DNA of 64,000 nt from contig NC_091984.1 in assembly GCF_044704955.1 (NCBI RefSeq), positions 143,654,001 to 143,718,000 of the forward strand. Direction: 5' to 3'. This DNA comes from Pristiophorus japonicus (taxonomy: Eukaryota). A model generated the notes under the pieces. The model worked only from the letters and a program-made list of their open reading frames with translations, had not been told where the DNA came from and did not search any database. Shown piece after piece: positions 1 through 12,821 of this stretch; position 1 is the first letter of the stretch, and each line of letters starts with the position of its first letter. A program made the translations under genes and the position numbers.

Positions 1-240
1 AGCTTCATTCCAAAAGCTGGTATTAAATTCCAAAAGCTTGTATTAAGCAATTTTTACTTCATGGTCTCCTTCTGTGCTTTTCTGAAGATTGGTAACCTTA
101 CACACAACACCTCACCTCTCCCACCCCCAAAACCACCCCTCTCCCAACCCCAACACCGCCCCAAACTCCCGCCCCCAAAACAACCCCTCTCCACCCCCCA
201 AAACCCACCTTAAACTGATACTCACAGCGGGCAGGACTTA

Positions 241-488
241 TATGGGCACATGTGGTGAACCTGTGGAATTCTCTACCACAGAAAGTTGTTGAGGCCAATT
301 CACTTAATATTTTAAAAAAGAGTTAAATGTAGTCCTTACAACTAGGGGATCAAGGTGTATGGCGAGAAAGCAGGAATGGGGTACTGAGGTTGCATGTTCA
401 GCCATGAACACATTGAATGGCGGTGCAGGCTCGAAGAGCCGAATGGCCGACTCCTGCACCAATTTTCTATGTTTCTATGTTTCTATGA
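241..488 (+). mobile_element. CR1 LINE 3' end fragment
   Basis: RT C-terminal tail (VVNLWNSLPQKVVEANSL) and 3' UTR ending in (TTTCTATG)n, the same as other CR1 copies in the window. Confidence 0.85.
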
Positions 489-1250
489 CCCGCCGCGGGA
501 CACATCACCACTGAGGGCTCATGTCCCCTGGCCTCACAATGGAAACCATGGCAACACAGAAGCCGCAGGGGTGGACCAATCACAGCAAAGTGCTACAGAA
601 TGTGCATTTGTGCCTGAGAGAGCAACGAGGAGAGAGCTTCAATCTATTTAACCCTTCGATCCCTGGCTGCCGTCTGAAAACTAAGCCCGAGTTGGGAGAG
701 ACAGTGACTACATTATTCCCGCTGTTATTCTGCACCCTGCTCATTCATCTCAACCCCTGTGTTAATGTTTCTCTGCTCAATGGTACTGCTCCCCACGGCA
801 AATCCAACCAGAGAGATTTCTCAGCTGGGTGTGAAACATGGAGAAGCAGAGATGGGCATGGACTGTGTGGGGGCACTAAAGGACCCACTGGCTCCGACCA
901 ATAATAAAACAGTCAGTAAGGACACGGTGAAAAGTGGGGGATGGGACCAGATGATGGACCTGGGCAAGTCCGACAAGGAGGCTGTCCTGCCGGCCAGAGC
1001 GATGGTGAAATACGCTGGCCTCAGCCTGCCTGGCATTGTGGAAGGGCAGGCAGCTCCGATCCTTACCGTCCCAGACTGTCAGCCAATCACCGTGGCTTCC
1101 TCCTTCGGAGAGCTGTTCAAATCTCCACGGGTTTCACAGCTGCAGCTCACAGACACGCTGGTGAGCAGATTGTTGGGGTGTTTGCTCTACACGTGTCCAG
1201 TTGCTGTGTGTCATGGGCCTGGGCAACATTATAATTGGAGCCCATTACTG

Positions 1251-1978
1251 GTCTCATAAAGTGACGGTCACGTTGATTAGTCTGAGCTTTTGACCACACA
1301 TCCGCAGCATAACTAAGACCGCCTATTTCCATCTCCGTAACATCGCCCGTCACCGCCCCTGCCTCAGCTCATCCGCTGCTGAAACCTTCATCCATGCCTT
1401 TGTTATCTCTGGACTCAACTATTCCAACGAACTCATGGCTGGCCTCCCACATTCTACCCTACGTTACCTAGAGGCGATCCTAAACTCGGCTGCCCGTGTC
1501 CTAACTCGCACCAAGTCCCGCTCACCCATCACCCCTGTGCTCACTGACCTACATTGGCTCCCGGTTAAGTAACGCCTCGATTTCAAATTTCACATCCTTA
1601 TTTTCGAATCGCTCCATGGCCTTGTCCCTCCCTATCTCTCTAATCTCCTCCAGCCCCACAACACCCCCCCGCCCCCACTAGATATCTGCGTTCCCTAATT
1701 CTGCCCTCCTGAGCATCCCTGATTACAATCACTCAACCATTGGTGGCCGTGCCTTCTGTTACCTGGGCCCCAAGTTCTGGAACTCCCTCCACACACCTCT
1801 CCGCCTCTCTATCTCTCTTTCCTCCTTCAAGATGCTCCTTAAACTCTATCTCTTTGACCAGCGCTAATTTCTACTTATGTGGCTCGGTTTCAAATTTATA
1901 TCGCATAATACTCCTGTGAAGCGCTTTGGGTCATTTCACTATGTTAAAGGCACTATATAAATACAAGTTGTTGTTGTT
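1251..1978 (+). mobile_element. L2-clade LINE 3' fragment
   Basis: Degenerate L2 ORF2 end (ETFIHAFVISGLNYSN..., SHITPVLTDLHWLPV-like), ending in TATATAAATACAAG(TTG)n; similar copies at 12310 and 51070. Confidence 0.75.
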
Positions 1979-2269
1979 TGGGGGAACAAGGAGAACCAGA
2001 AGGAGGCGCTGTTGAGCTTCTCCAAGAACATAATCCAGTTGAGAGCAGACACTATCCAACTGTTTGTAGACAAAACCCACGCAAGGATTCAACCGCTCTG
2101 CGATGCCGCGTGATAAAGTGTGGGCTGAAGCGCTCAGTGTGCTGGGGAACTTGGCCATGGTGGGAATAGGAGGGTCCAGGTGTTGCTGCACCTGGATGGA
2201 AACAGTGAGCAGGTCACCAGGTCCTGTCGTTCAACACTGTGCTCGGTATTCCCACGTATTGGATCTGCC

Positions 2270-2520
2270 AAGACTTCCTCAGTAACTGAGAATGATCCAG
2301 GGGAATCCAAAGGGACTACATGGACTCCCTCTGTAACTGAGAATGATCCAGGGGAACCCAACAGGGGCTAGGTGGACTTCCTCAGTAACTGAGAATGATC
2401 CAGGGGAATCCCACAGGGGCTACATAGACTTCCTCAGTAACTGAGAATGAGCCAGGGGAACCCAACAGGGGCTAGGTGGACTTCCTCAGTAACTGAGAAT
2501 GATCCAGGGGAATCCCACAG
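2270..2520. repeat. ~53-bp minisatellite (GACTTCCTCAGTAACTGAGAATGATCCAGGGGAA...), about 5 units
   Basis: Visible tandem units that produce repeated SVTENDPGE peptides. Confidence 0.9.
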
Positions 2521-3066
2521 GAACATACCATTATTGTTGCCGGAGGAGAAGAGAAGAGTGAGAAGTGAGGAACATATCATTATTGTCCCCAGGGCGGGGA
2601 GAGAGGAGATGAATATACCATTATTGTACCGGGGTGCGGGGGGGGGGAGAGGAGAGGGAGAGGTGAGGAACATACCAATATTGTCCCTGGGGAGGTGTGT
2701 GGGGAGGAACCTACCATTAGTGTCCCCGGTGGGGGAGAAGAGAGGGAGAGGTGAGGAAGATGCAATTATTGTTCTGTTGGGGAGAGCGAGAGGTGAGGAA
2801 CATACTACTATTGTCCATGGAGGGGGGTGGAGAGGAGAGGAACATACCATTATTCTCCCCGGCGGGGTGGGGAGAGTTGAGGAACCTGCCATTATTGTCC
2901 CCAGGGGGAGAGCAGTGAGGAACATACCATTATTGTCCCCAGGGGTGGAGAGGAGAGGGTGAGGTGAGGAACATACCATTATTGTCCCCGGCAGGGGAGT
3001 TGGGGGGGGCGGTGGGTGCGGGGGCGAGGAGAGTGCGGGGTGAGGAATTTACCATTATATTCCCCA
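2520..3066. repeat. G-rich ~40-45-bp minisatellite (GGAACATACCATTATTGTCCCC-G-rich)
   Basis: About a dozen degenerate units; the same motif recurs at 56726-56990. Confidence 0.85.
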
Positions 3067-6000
3067 CAGGGGTAGATGTGTGGACCGTCGGCGAGAGATG
3101 ACAGTCCGGGGTCGAGGAGGCCTATAAAGGCCGCAAGATCAGGAATCGGGCAGCGTCGAAGAGAGGCGACAGTCCGGGGTCAGCGAGAGGCCAAGAAAGG
3201 CCGCAAGATCAGGAGTCGGGCAGCATCGGAGAGAGGTGACAGTCCGGGGTCAGCGAGAGGCCTATAAAGGCCGCAAGATCAGGAGTCGGACAGCGTCGGA
3301 GAGAGGTGACAGTCCGGGGTCAGTGAGAGGCCTATAAAGGCCCGGCTTGTACAGCTACAGGGAGAAGGCAAAAAAGAAGTAGAAAGAAATAGAAAGGTGA
3401 TGTCACAGCCAAGTGAGCAAGTGTTTGGCTGGTGATTGGTTCTTATTTCTCTTCTATATCAGTGAGTAACTTTTAGCATTATTGTTGCCAATTTAGTTTA
3501 ATCTAAGGGTTAAGTCATGGCAGGAGAGCTCGGCCACGTGTTATGCTCCTCGTGTACTATGTGGGAAATCAGGGACGCCTTCGGTGTCCCTGACGACTAT
3601 GTGTGCGGGAAGTGTATCTGCCTCCAGCTCCTGACAGACCGCGTTGCAGAATTCGAGCTGAAGGTGGATTCACTCTGGAGTGATGACGTGAATAGCACGT
3701 TTAGTGAGTTAGTCTACCCCAGGTAAAGGGTCCACAGCCAGATAGGGAATGGAAAACCAACAGGAAGAGTAGTGCAAGGAAAGTAGTGCAGGGATCCCCT
3801 GCGGTCATCCCCCTGCAAAACAGATACACCGCTTTGAGTACTGTTGAGGGGGATGACTCATCAGGGGGGAACAGCAGCAGCCAAGTTCATGGCACCATGG
3901 CTGGCTCTGCTGCACAGGAGGGCAGGAAAAAGAGTAGGAGAGCGATAATGATAGGGGATTCAATTGTATGGGGAATAGATCGGCGTTTCTGCGGCCGCAA
4001 CTGAGACTCCAGGATGGTATGTTGCCTCCCAGGTGCAAGGGTCAAGGATGTCTCACAGCGGGTGCAGGACGTTCTGAAAAGGGAGGGTGAATAGCCAGTT
4101 GTCATGGTGCACATTGGTACCAACGATATAGGTAAAAAACGGGATGAGGTCTTACGAGACGAATTTAAGGAGCTAGGAGCTAAATCAAAAAGTAGGACCT
4201 CAAAAGTAGTAATCTCGGAATGGCTACCAGTGCCACGTGTGAATCAGAGTAGGAATTGCAGGATAGCTCAGATGAATACGTGGCTTGACCAGTGGTGCAG
4301 CAGGGAGGGATTCAAATTCCTGGGGCATTGGAACCGGTTCTGGGGGAGGTGGGACCAGTACAAACCGGACGGTCTGCACCCAGGCAAGACTGGAACCAAG
4401 GTCCTAGGAGGAGTGTTTGCTCGTGCTGTTGGGGAGGAGTTAAACTAATATGGCACGAGGGTGGGAACCAATACAGGGAGACAGAGGGAAACAAAATGGA
4501 GACAGAAGCAAAAGACAGAAAGGAGATGAGTAAAAGTGGAGGGCAGAGAAACCCAAGGCAAAAAACAAAAAGGGCCACTTTGCAGCAAAATTCTAAAGGG
4601 TCTAAGTGTGCTAAAAAGGCAAGCCTGAAGGCTCTGTGCCTCAATGTGAGGAGTATTCGGAATAAGGTGGACGAATTAACTGTGCAGAGAGCAGTTAACG
4701 GAAATGATGTGGTTGGCATCACGGAGACATGGCTCCAGGGTGACCAAGGCTGGGAACTCAACATCCAAGGGTATTCAACATTTAGGAAGGATAGACAGAA
4801 AGGAAAAGCAGGCAGGGTGGCATTGCTGGTTAAAGAGGAAATTAATGCAATTTTAAGGAAAGACATTAGCTTGGATGATGTGGAATCGGTATGGGTGAAG
4901 CTACGGAGTACCAAGGGGGAGAAAACGTTAGTGGGAGTTGTGTACAGACCTCCAAACAGTAGTAGTGATGTTGGGGAGGGCATCAAACAGGAAATTAGGA
5001 GTGCATGCAATAAAGGTGCAGCAGTTATCATAGGTGACTTTAATATGCACATAGATTGGGCTAACCAAACTGGAAACAATACGGTGGAGGAGGATTTCCT
5101 GGAGTGCATAAGGGATGGTTTTCTAGACCAATATGTCGAGGAACCAACTAGTGGGGAGGCCATCTTAGACTGGGTGTTGTACAATGAGAGAGGATTAATT
5201 AGCAATCTCGTTGTGCGAGGCCCCTTGGGGAAGAGTGACCATAATATGGTGGAATTCTACATTAGGATGGAGAATGAAACAGTTAATTCAGAGACCATGG
5301 TCCAGAACTTAAAGAAGGGGAACTTTGAAGGTATGAGGCGTGAATTGGTGAGGATAGATTTGCGAATGATACTTAAGGGGTTGACTGTGGATGGGCAACG
5401 GCAGACATTTAGAGACCGCATGGATGAACTACAACAATTGTACATCTCTGTCTGGCGTAAAAATAAAAAAGGGAAGGTGGCTCAACCGTGGCTATCAAGG
5501 GAAATCAGGGATAGTATTAAAGCCAAGGAAGTGGCATACAAATTGGCCAGAAATAGCAGCGAACCCGGGGACTGGAAGAAATTTAGAACTCAGCAGAGGA
5601 GGACAAAGGGTTTGATTAGGGCAGGGAAAATAGAGTACGAGAGGAAGCTTGCAGGGAACATTAAAATGGACTGCAAAAGCTTCTATAGATATGTAAAGAG
5701 AAAAAGGTTAGTAAAGGCAAACGTAGGTCCCCTGCAGTCAGGGGAATTCATAACTGGGAACAAAGAAATGGCAGACCAATTGAACAAGTACTTTGGTTCA
5801 GTATTCACTAAGGAGGACCTTTATATACATTCCGGATATAAAAGGGGTCAGAGGGTCTAGTAAGAAGGAGGAACTGAGGGAAATCCTTATTAGGCGGGAA
5901 ATTGTGTTAGGGAAATTGATGGGATTGAAGGCCGATAAATCCCCAGGGCCCTGATGGTCTGCATCCCAGAGTACTTAAGGAGGTGGCCTTGGAAATAGCG

Positions 6001-6741
6001 GATGCATTGACAGTCATTTTCCAACATTCCATAGACTCTGGATCAGTTCCTATGGAGTGGAGGGTAGCCAATGTCACCCCACTTTTTAAAAAAGGAGGGA
6101 GAGAGAAAACAGGGAATTATAGACTGGTCAGCCTGACATCGGTAGTGGGTAAAAGGTTCTGTGCTGGGGCCCCAGCTGTTTACATTGTACATTAATGATT
6201 TAGATGAGGGGATTAAATGTAGTATCTCAAAATTTGCCGGTGACACTAAGTTGGGTGGCAGTGTGAGCTGCGAGGAGGATGTTATGAGGCTGCAGAGTGA
6301 CTTGGATAGGTTAGGTGAGTGGGCAAATGCATGGTAGATGAAGTATAATGTGGATAAATGTGAGGTTATCCACTTTGAGGGTAAAAACAGAGAGACAGAC
6401 TATTATCTGAATGGTGACAGATTAGGAAAAGGGGAGGTGCAATGAGACCTGGGTGTCATGGTACATCAGTCATTGAAGGTTGGCATGCAGGTACAGCAGG
6501 CGGTTCAGAAAGCAAATGGCATGTTGGCCTTCATAGCGAGGGGATTTGAGTACAGGGGCAGGGAGGTGTTGCTACAGTTGTACAGGGCCTTGGTGAGGCC
6601 ACACCTGGAGTATTGTGTACAGTTTTGGTCTCCTAACTTGAGGAAGGACGTTGTTGCTATTGAGGGAGTGCAGCGAAGGTTCACCAGAATGATTCCCGGG
6701 ATGGCGGGACTGACATATCAAGAAAGACTGGATCAACTGGG
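3067..6741 (+). mobile_element. Near full-length CR1 LINE (5' UTR repeats, ORF1, ORF2 APE-RT), degenerate, internally deleted and 3'-truncated
   Basis: ORF1 has zinc finger CSSCTMW..CGKC and SGNH esterase motifs (IGDSIV, VHIGTND, DGLH). ORF2 has APE (CLNVRS, ITETWL, GDFN, SDH) and RT with a deletion near 6152. Several stops and frameshifts. Confidence 0.93.
3517..4448 (+). pseudogene. CR1 ORF1 (zinc finger plus SGNH esterase), disrupted
   Basis: ORFs 3517-3726, 3786-4004 and 4104-4448 together carry the CR1 ORF1 motifs. Confidence 0.85.
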
Positions 6742-7292
6742 CTCGGCTCATGGGACGTGGACATGGCTCACGTGGCGTGGACTCGGCCCACGGGGGGTGG
6801 ACTCGGGCCACGGGGCGCGGACACGGCTCACGGGGCGCGGACTCGGCTCAAGGGGCGCGGACTCGGCTCACGGGGCGCGGACACGGCTCACGGGGCGCGG
6901 ACACGGCTCACGGGGCGCGGACTCGGCTCACGGGGCGCGGACACGGCCCACGGGGGGCGGACACGGCCCACGGGGCGTGGACACGGCTCACGGGGCGCGG
7001 ACTCGGCCCACGGGGCGCGGACACGGCTCACGGGGCGCGGACTCGGCTCACGGGGCGCGGACTCGGCTCACGGGGCGCGGACACGGGGAGCGGGGAGCGG
7101 TCTCGGCTCACGGGGCGCGGACTCGGCTCACGGGGCGCGGACCGGACTCGGCCCACGGGGCGCGGACTCGGCCCACGGGGCGCGGACATGAGGAGTGGGG
7201 AGCGGACGCGGCTCACGGGCGCAGACACGGCTCACGGGGAACGGACACAGCTCACGGGGAACGGACATGGCTCACGGGCGCAGCCACGGCTC
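6742..7292. repeat. 20-bp GC/CpG-rich minisatellite (CACGGGGCGCGGAC[TC/AC]GGCT)n
   Basis: About 25 tandem units that abruptly replace the CR1 3' end. Confidence 0.95.
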
Positions 7293-7414
7293 AGGGGGCG
7301 CTATCCATTTCACCCCCCGCACCACCCCCCTTCCCAGGGAAGACAATGTCACACCCCGTCAGCGCCCCCCGGAGGCACTAAATGCAGACACACAGCGGGG
7401 GAATTTCATCCCCA

Positions 7415-7710
7415 ATCTGTTTTTGTGATGTTAATTGAGGGATAAATATTGGCCAGGACACCGGGGAGAACTCCCCTGCTCTTCTTCAAAATAGTGGCAT
7501 GGGATCGTTAACAGCCACCTGAGAGAGCAGACAGGGTCTCGGTTTAATCTTTCGCCTGAAAGACAGCCCCTCCGACAGTGCGGCACTCCCTCAGTACTGC
7601 ACCGGAACTATCAGTTTCGATTTTGGAGCTTAGTCTCTGGAGTGGAACTTAAACCCACAACCTTCCGACTACAGAGGCAAGTGTGGTGCCCATTGAGTCA
7701 CAGCTGACTG
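7415..7710 (-). mobile_element. tRNA-derived Deu-domain SINE (SacSINE1-like), partial
   Basis: Deu core (GATCCCATGCCACTATTTTGAAGAAGAGCAGGGGAGTTCTCCCCGGTGTCCTGGCCAATATTTATCCCTCAA) and a degenerate tRNA-like head. Confidence 0.75.
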
Positions 7711-7729
7711 ATCCATCCACAGAGTTCGC

Positions 7730-10410
7730 CCTCAGTGTGCAGGAAGTGTCACCAGCTACAGCAACTCGAGCTCCGCGTTTCGAAGATTGAGCGGCGGCTG
7801 GAGTTACTGCGGTGCATCCGCGAGGCTGAGAACTTCGTGGATAGCACGTATCTAGAGGTGGCCACCCCGCAGCTTAAGAGTGTGCAGGCCGAGAGGGAAT
7901 GGGTGACCACCAGACAGAAGAGGAGGTCCAGGCAGGTAGTGCAGGAGTCCCCTGAGTCCATCTCACTCTCCAACCAGTATTGTGTTCTGAGTACTGGTGG
8001 GGGCGATGGTGTCTCTAGGAAGTGCAGCCAGACCCAAGTCCATGGCACCACGGGTGGCTCAGCTGCACAGGGGGGAGGAAGAAGAGTGGAAGAGCAATAG
8101 TGGTAGGGGATTCGATAGTTAGGGGAAAAGACAGGCATTTCTGCGGCTGCAGACATGACTCCAGGATGGTATGTTGCCTCCCTGGTGCCAGGGTCAAGAA
8201 TGTCACTGAGTGGCTGCAGTACATTCTGAGGGGGGAGGGTGAACAACCAGAGGTTGTGGTCCATATCAGTACCAATGACATAGGTAGAAAGAGGGATGAG
8301 GTCCTACAGGCAGAGTTTAGGGAGCAAGGGGAGAGATTAAAAAGCAAGACCTCAAAGGTAGTAATCTCCGGATTACTCCCAGTGCCACGTGCTAGTGAGT
8401 ACAGAAATAGGAGGATAGAGCAGATGAATGTGTGGCTGGAGAGATGGTGCAGGAGGGAGGGCTTTAGTTTCCTGAGGCATTGGGACCGTTTCTGTGGGAG
8501 GTGGGACCTGTACAAACCGGACGGGTTGCATCTCAACAGAGCTGGAATCAATATTCTTGCAGGGATGTTTGCTTGTGCTGTTTGGGAGGGTTTAAACTAG
8601 CTTGGCAGGGGGATGGGAACTGGAGAATAGATTCAGTGGGGAGAGAAGCAAAGCTGGAATTGGAAAGCAGAAAAGGAGAAATTGAATTTGTAAGGCAGAG
8701 GAAACAAATCTAGAAAATAGACAGCAAGGCAGTTTGGGAGTGCTCAATGGTATATACTTCAAGCAAGGAGGATAGGGAATAAGGCAGATGAGCTGAGAGC
8801 ACAGATAAACACTTGGGAGTACGATATTATAGCTATTACTGAGTCATGGCTGAAAGAAGGGCAGGTATGGCAGCTCAACATTCCTGGTTACAGGATTTCA
8901 AACGGGATAGAGAGGGGGATAAAAAAGGAGGGGGTCGCAGTTGTGAAACAATTGAAAGAAACAATTACAGCTGTGAGGAGGGATGATATGTCGGAAGGAT
9001 CATCAAATGAGGCCATATAGGTCAAATTGAAGAACGAAAAAGGGGTAATCACACTGCTGGGAGTGTACTATAGACCCCCAAACAGTCAGAGGGAGAGAGA
9101 AGATCAAATATGTGGGCACATTTCTGACACGTGCAAAAACTGTAGGGCAGTTATAGCAGGGGATTTCAACTACCCTAATATTAACTGGGATAAAATTAGT
9201 GTGAAAGGTATAGAGGGTCCGGAATTAAAAAAATGCATTCAGGAGAACTTTTTTAGCCAGTATGTAACGAGCCCAACAAGGGAGGGGACGGTTCTGGACT
9301 TGGTTTTGGGGAATGAAGAGGGGCAGGTGGAAGGGGTATCAATGGGAGAGCATTTTGGTGCCAGTGATCATAATTCAGTTAGATTTAGGGTAGTTATAGA
9401 AAAGGACAAAGATAGACCAGGAATAAAAGTTATCAACTGGGGAAAAGCCAATTTTGCTGAGTTGAGATGAGATTTGGCCAAAGTGGACTGGAAACGGCTA
9501 CTTGAAGGTAAATCAGTGTCAGAGCAGTGGGAGGCATTCAAGGGGGAAATCCTGTGGTTTCAGAGTAAGTCTGTTCCCTTAAAGAAAAAGGGTGGGACTA
9601 ACAAATCTCGAGGCCCTGGATGTCAAGGGAAATACAGTGGAGGATAAAGTAAAACAGGGGAGGCTTATGGCAGATACCGAGGGTTCAATACTGCAGGAAC
9701 TTTCGAGGAGTATAGATAGTGCAGGGATGCAATTAAAAAGGAAATTAGGAAAGCAAAGAGAGAGCATGAAAACTTTTTGGCAAGTAAAATCAAGGAAAAC
9801 CCAAAGTTGTTTTATAAATACATTTAGAGAAAGAGGATAATTAAAGACAGAGTCTGGCCTATTGGAGACCATAAAGGTAATCTGTGTGTGGTGCATATGA
9901 TGTATGATAGGTCCCACATGGCAGATTGGTCATGAAAATAAAAGCCCATGGGATCCAGGGCAAAGTAGCAAGTTGGATCCAAAATTGTCTCAGAGGCCGG
10001 GAGCAAAGGGTAATGGCTGATGGGTGTTTTTGTGACTGGAAGGCTGTTTCCTGTGGGGTTCCACAGGGCTCAATGCTGGGAGCCTTGCTTTTTGTGGTAT
10101 ATATCAATGATTTAGACTTGAAGATTGGGGATATGATAAAGAAGTTTGCAGATGATAGTAAAATCTGCTGAGTGGCTGATAATGAAGGAGAAAGCTGTAG
10201 ACTGCAAGAAGATATCAATGAAATGGTCAAGTGGGCAGAACAGTGGCAAATGGAATTTAATCCGGATAAGTGTGAGGTAATGCATTTGGGGAGGTCGAAC
10301 AAGGCAAGGGAATACACATTGAATGGCAGGACACTGAGAGGTGTAGAGGAACAAAGGGACCTTGGTCTGCATGTCCATAGATCCCTGAAGGTAGCAGGCC
10401 AGGTAGATGG
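7730..10410 (+). mobile_element. CR1 LINE of a second subfamily: ORF1 plus deleted ORF2
   Basis: Esterase ORF1 (VGDSIVRG, HISTND, DGLHLN), APE (YYRPP, GDFN, SDH) and RT (GVPQGS, FADD); internal deletion near 9895. Confidence 0.88.
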
Positions 10411-10924
10411 GTTTTTTACGACAATCCGGCAGTTTCATGGTCACCATTACTGACACTAGCTTTTTATTCCAGATTTATTGAATTAACTGAATTTAAATTT
10501 TCCAGCTGCTGTGGTGGGATTTGAACTTGTGTCTCTGGATCATTAATCCAGGCCATAGTAGTCCATAGCTCTTTCAAAGAGCCAGCACAGGTTTGATGGG
10601 CCGAATGGCCTCCCTCTGAGCTGTGAGATGCTGTGATTAAGGAGCGGGGCTCCAACTCGCGTAGACAATGTGGGTGCAATTATTGAAAGCAGGGGTTTGG
10701 GTGGAGCACATATAGATGTACCACAAGGGGGCGCAACAGCATTGATTGATCCAATTATTGGCAGCGGGGAAACCGGGGATGGAAATAGTTTCAATAAAAT
10801 GTATGCTGCGACTTTTAAAGTGGTCAACACCACCAGCACGATCATAGAATCACAGAAAATTACAGCACGGAAGGAGGCCTTTCAGCCCATCGTGTCCGTG
10901 CCGGCCAACAAACAGCTACCCAGC

Positions 10925-11620
10925 CTAATCCCACTTTCCAGCTCTGGGTCCATAGCCCTGTGGGTTATGGCACTTTAAGTGCACATCCAAGTACTTTTTA
11001 AATGTGGTGAGTGTTTCTGCCTCTACCACTCTTTCCGACAGTGAGTTCCAGACTCCCACCACCCTCTGGGTGAAGAATTGATTCCTCATCTCCCCTCTAA
11101 ATCTTCCACCAATTACTTTAAATCTATGCCCCCTGGTTGTTGACCCCTCTGCTAAGGAAAATGGGTCCACTCTATCCAGGTCCCTCATCATTTTATACAC
11201 CTCAATAAGTTCTCCCCTCAGCCTCCTCTGTTCCAAGGAAAACATCTCGAGCAGATCCAATCTTTCCTCATAGCTAAAATTCTCCAGTCCTGGCAACATC
11301 CTCGTGAATCTCTTCTGTACCCTCTCTCGTACAATCACATCTTTCCTGTAATGTAGTGACCAGAACTGCACGCAATACTCTAGCTGTGGCCGAACTAGTG
11401 TTTTATACATTTCAAGCATAACCTCCCGGCTCTTGTATTCTATGCCTCGGCTAACAAAGGCAAGTATTCCGTATGCCTTTTTAACCATCTTATCGACCTG
11501 GCCTGCTACCTTCAGGGATCTGTGGACCTGCACTCCAAGGTCCCTCCGTTCCTCCACCCCTCTCAGTACCCTCCCATTTATTGTGTATTCCCTTGCCTTG
11601 TTGCCCCTCCACAAATGCAT
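10925..11620 (-). mobile_element. CR1 LINE ORF2 C-terminal fragment
   Basis: ORF 10925-11719 contains LVRPQLEYCVQFWS and FFTQRVVGVWNSL. Confidence 0.9.
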
Positions 11621-11917
11621 TCGAACAAGGCTGCAGTTAGAGCAGCCTTTCCACCCGCTGACAGCACTCACTGAGTCTGACTCATGGCATCGATCAGCTG
11701 GACATTGATCTGGAAACACCAGCCCCCTGTTGAGGGAATCAAGGCTCTGATGCGACTGATAAAAGTCAAGATGAGGTTGCGGAGAGGTACACAGCTGCTG
11801 CTGGTTACAATGACCAGAAGGAGGCTATTCAGCCCCTCGAGCCTATTCCCCCATTCAATCAGATCACGGCTCATCTGCATCTGAACTCCATCTACCCGCC
11901 TTGGTTCCACAAGTTCC

Positions 11918-12247
11918 AAGGCCTATACTCTCTAGAGTTTAGAAGAATAAGAGGTGATCCCATTGAAACATGCACAATTCTGACAGGGCTTGACAGGGTA
12001 GATGCAGGGAGGATGGTTCCTCTGGCTGGGGAGTCCAGAACCAGGGGTCACAGTCTCAGAATAACGGGTTCGCCATTTCGGACTGAGATGAGGAGAAACC
12101 TCTTCATTCAGAGGGTGGTGAATCTCTGGAATTCTCTACCCGAGAGGGCTGTGGAGGCTCAGTCCTTGAGTATATTCAAGACGGAGATCGATAGATTTTT
12201 GAATATTAAGGGAATCAAGGGATCTGGGGGCAGTGCAGGAAAGTAGC
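11918..12247 (+). mobile_element. CR1 LINE 3' fragment
   Basis: RTRGHSLRI...QRVVNLWNSLP motifs. Confidence 0.85.
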
Positions 12248-12309
12248 GGGGTGGGGCGGTGTGGCAGGACACGAGGCCTATTCGTGCGGGGGAGGGATTA
12301 ATTCGCACC

Positions 12310-12755
12310 TAGTCCCGCTCACCCATCACCCCCGCTGACCGACATTAGCTTCCGGTTAAGCAGCGCCTCGATTTTTAAATTCCCATCCTTGTTTTCAAAT
12401 CCCTCCATGACCTCGCCCCTCCCTATCTCTGTAATCTCCTCCAGCCCCACAATCCCCCGAGATGTCTGTGCTCCTCCAATTCTGCCCTCCTGAGCATCCC
12501 TGATTATAATCGCTCAACCATTGGTGGCTGTGCCTTCTGTTGCCAAGACCCTCAGCTCTGGAACTCCCTCCCTAAACCTCTCCGCCTCTCTACCTCTCTT
12601 TCCTCCTTCAAGATGCTCTTTAAAACATACCTCTTTGGTCACCGACACTAATTTCTTCTTATGTGACTCTGTGTCAAATTTTGTATCTCAAATTTTGTGC
12701 CTTGGGACGTTTCTCTACGTTAAAGGTGCTATATAAATACAGGTTGTTGTTGTTG
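12310..12755 (+). mobile_element. L2 LINE 3' fragment
   Basis: Similar to 1510-1978 and ends in (TTG)n. Confidence 0.75.
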
Positions 12756-12821
12756 AATTGAGGCAAAATCTGGTATTCTGGATGTCGCCGCTCCTTTTAA
12801 CACCCTCTGCAAAGCACGCAC

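Noticed and set aside
521-1259. ORFs of 127 and 166 aa as a host gene
   Set aside because: No recognisable domain or exon structure; cannot be supported
6742-7292. CRISPR-like array (also considered for 2270-3066, 17763-17985 and 24310-24760)
   Set aside because: Eukaryotic context, no unique spacers and no cas genes; these are minisatellites
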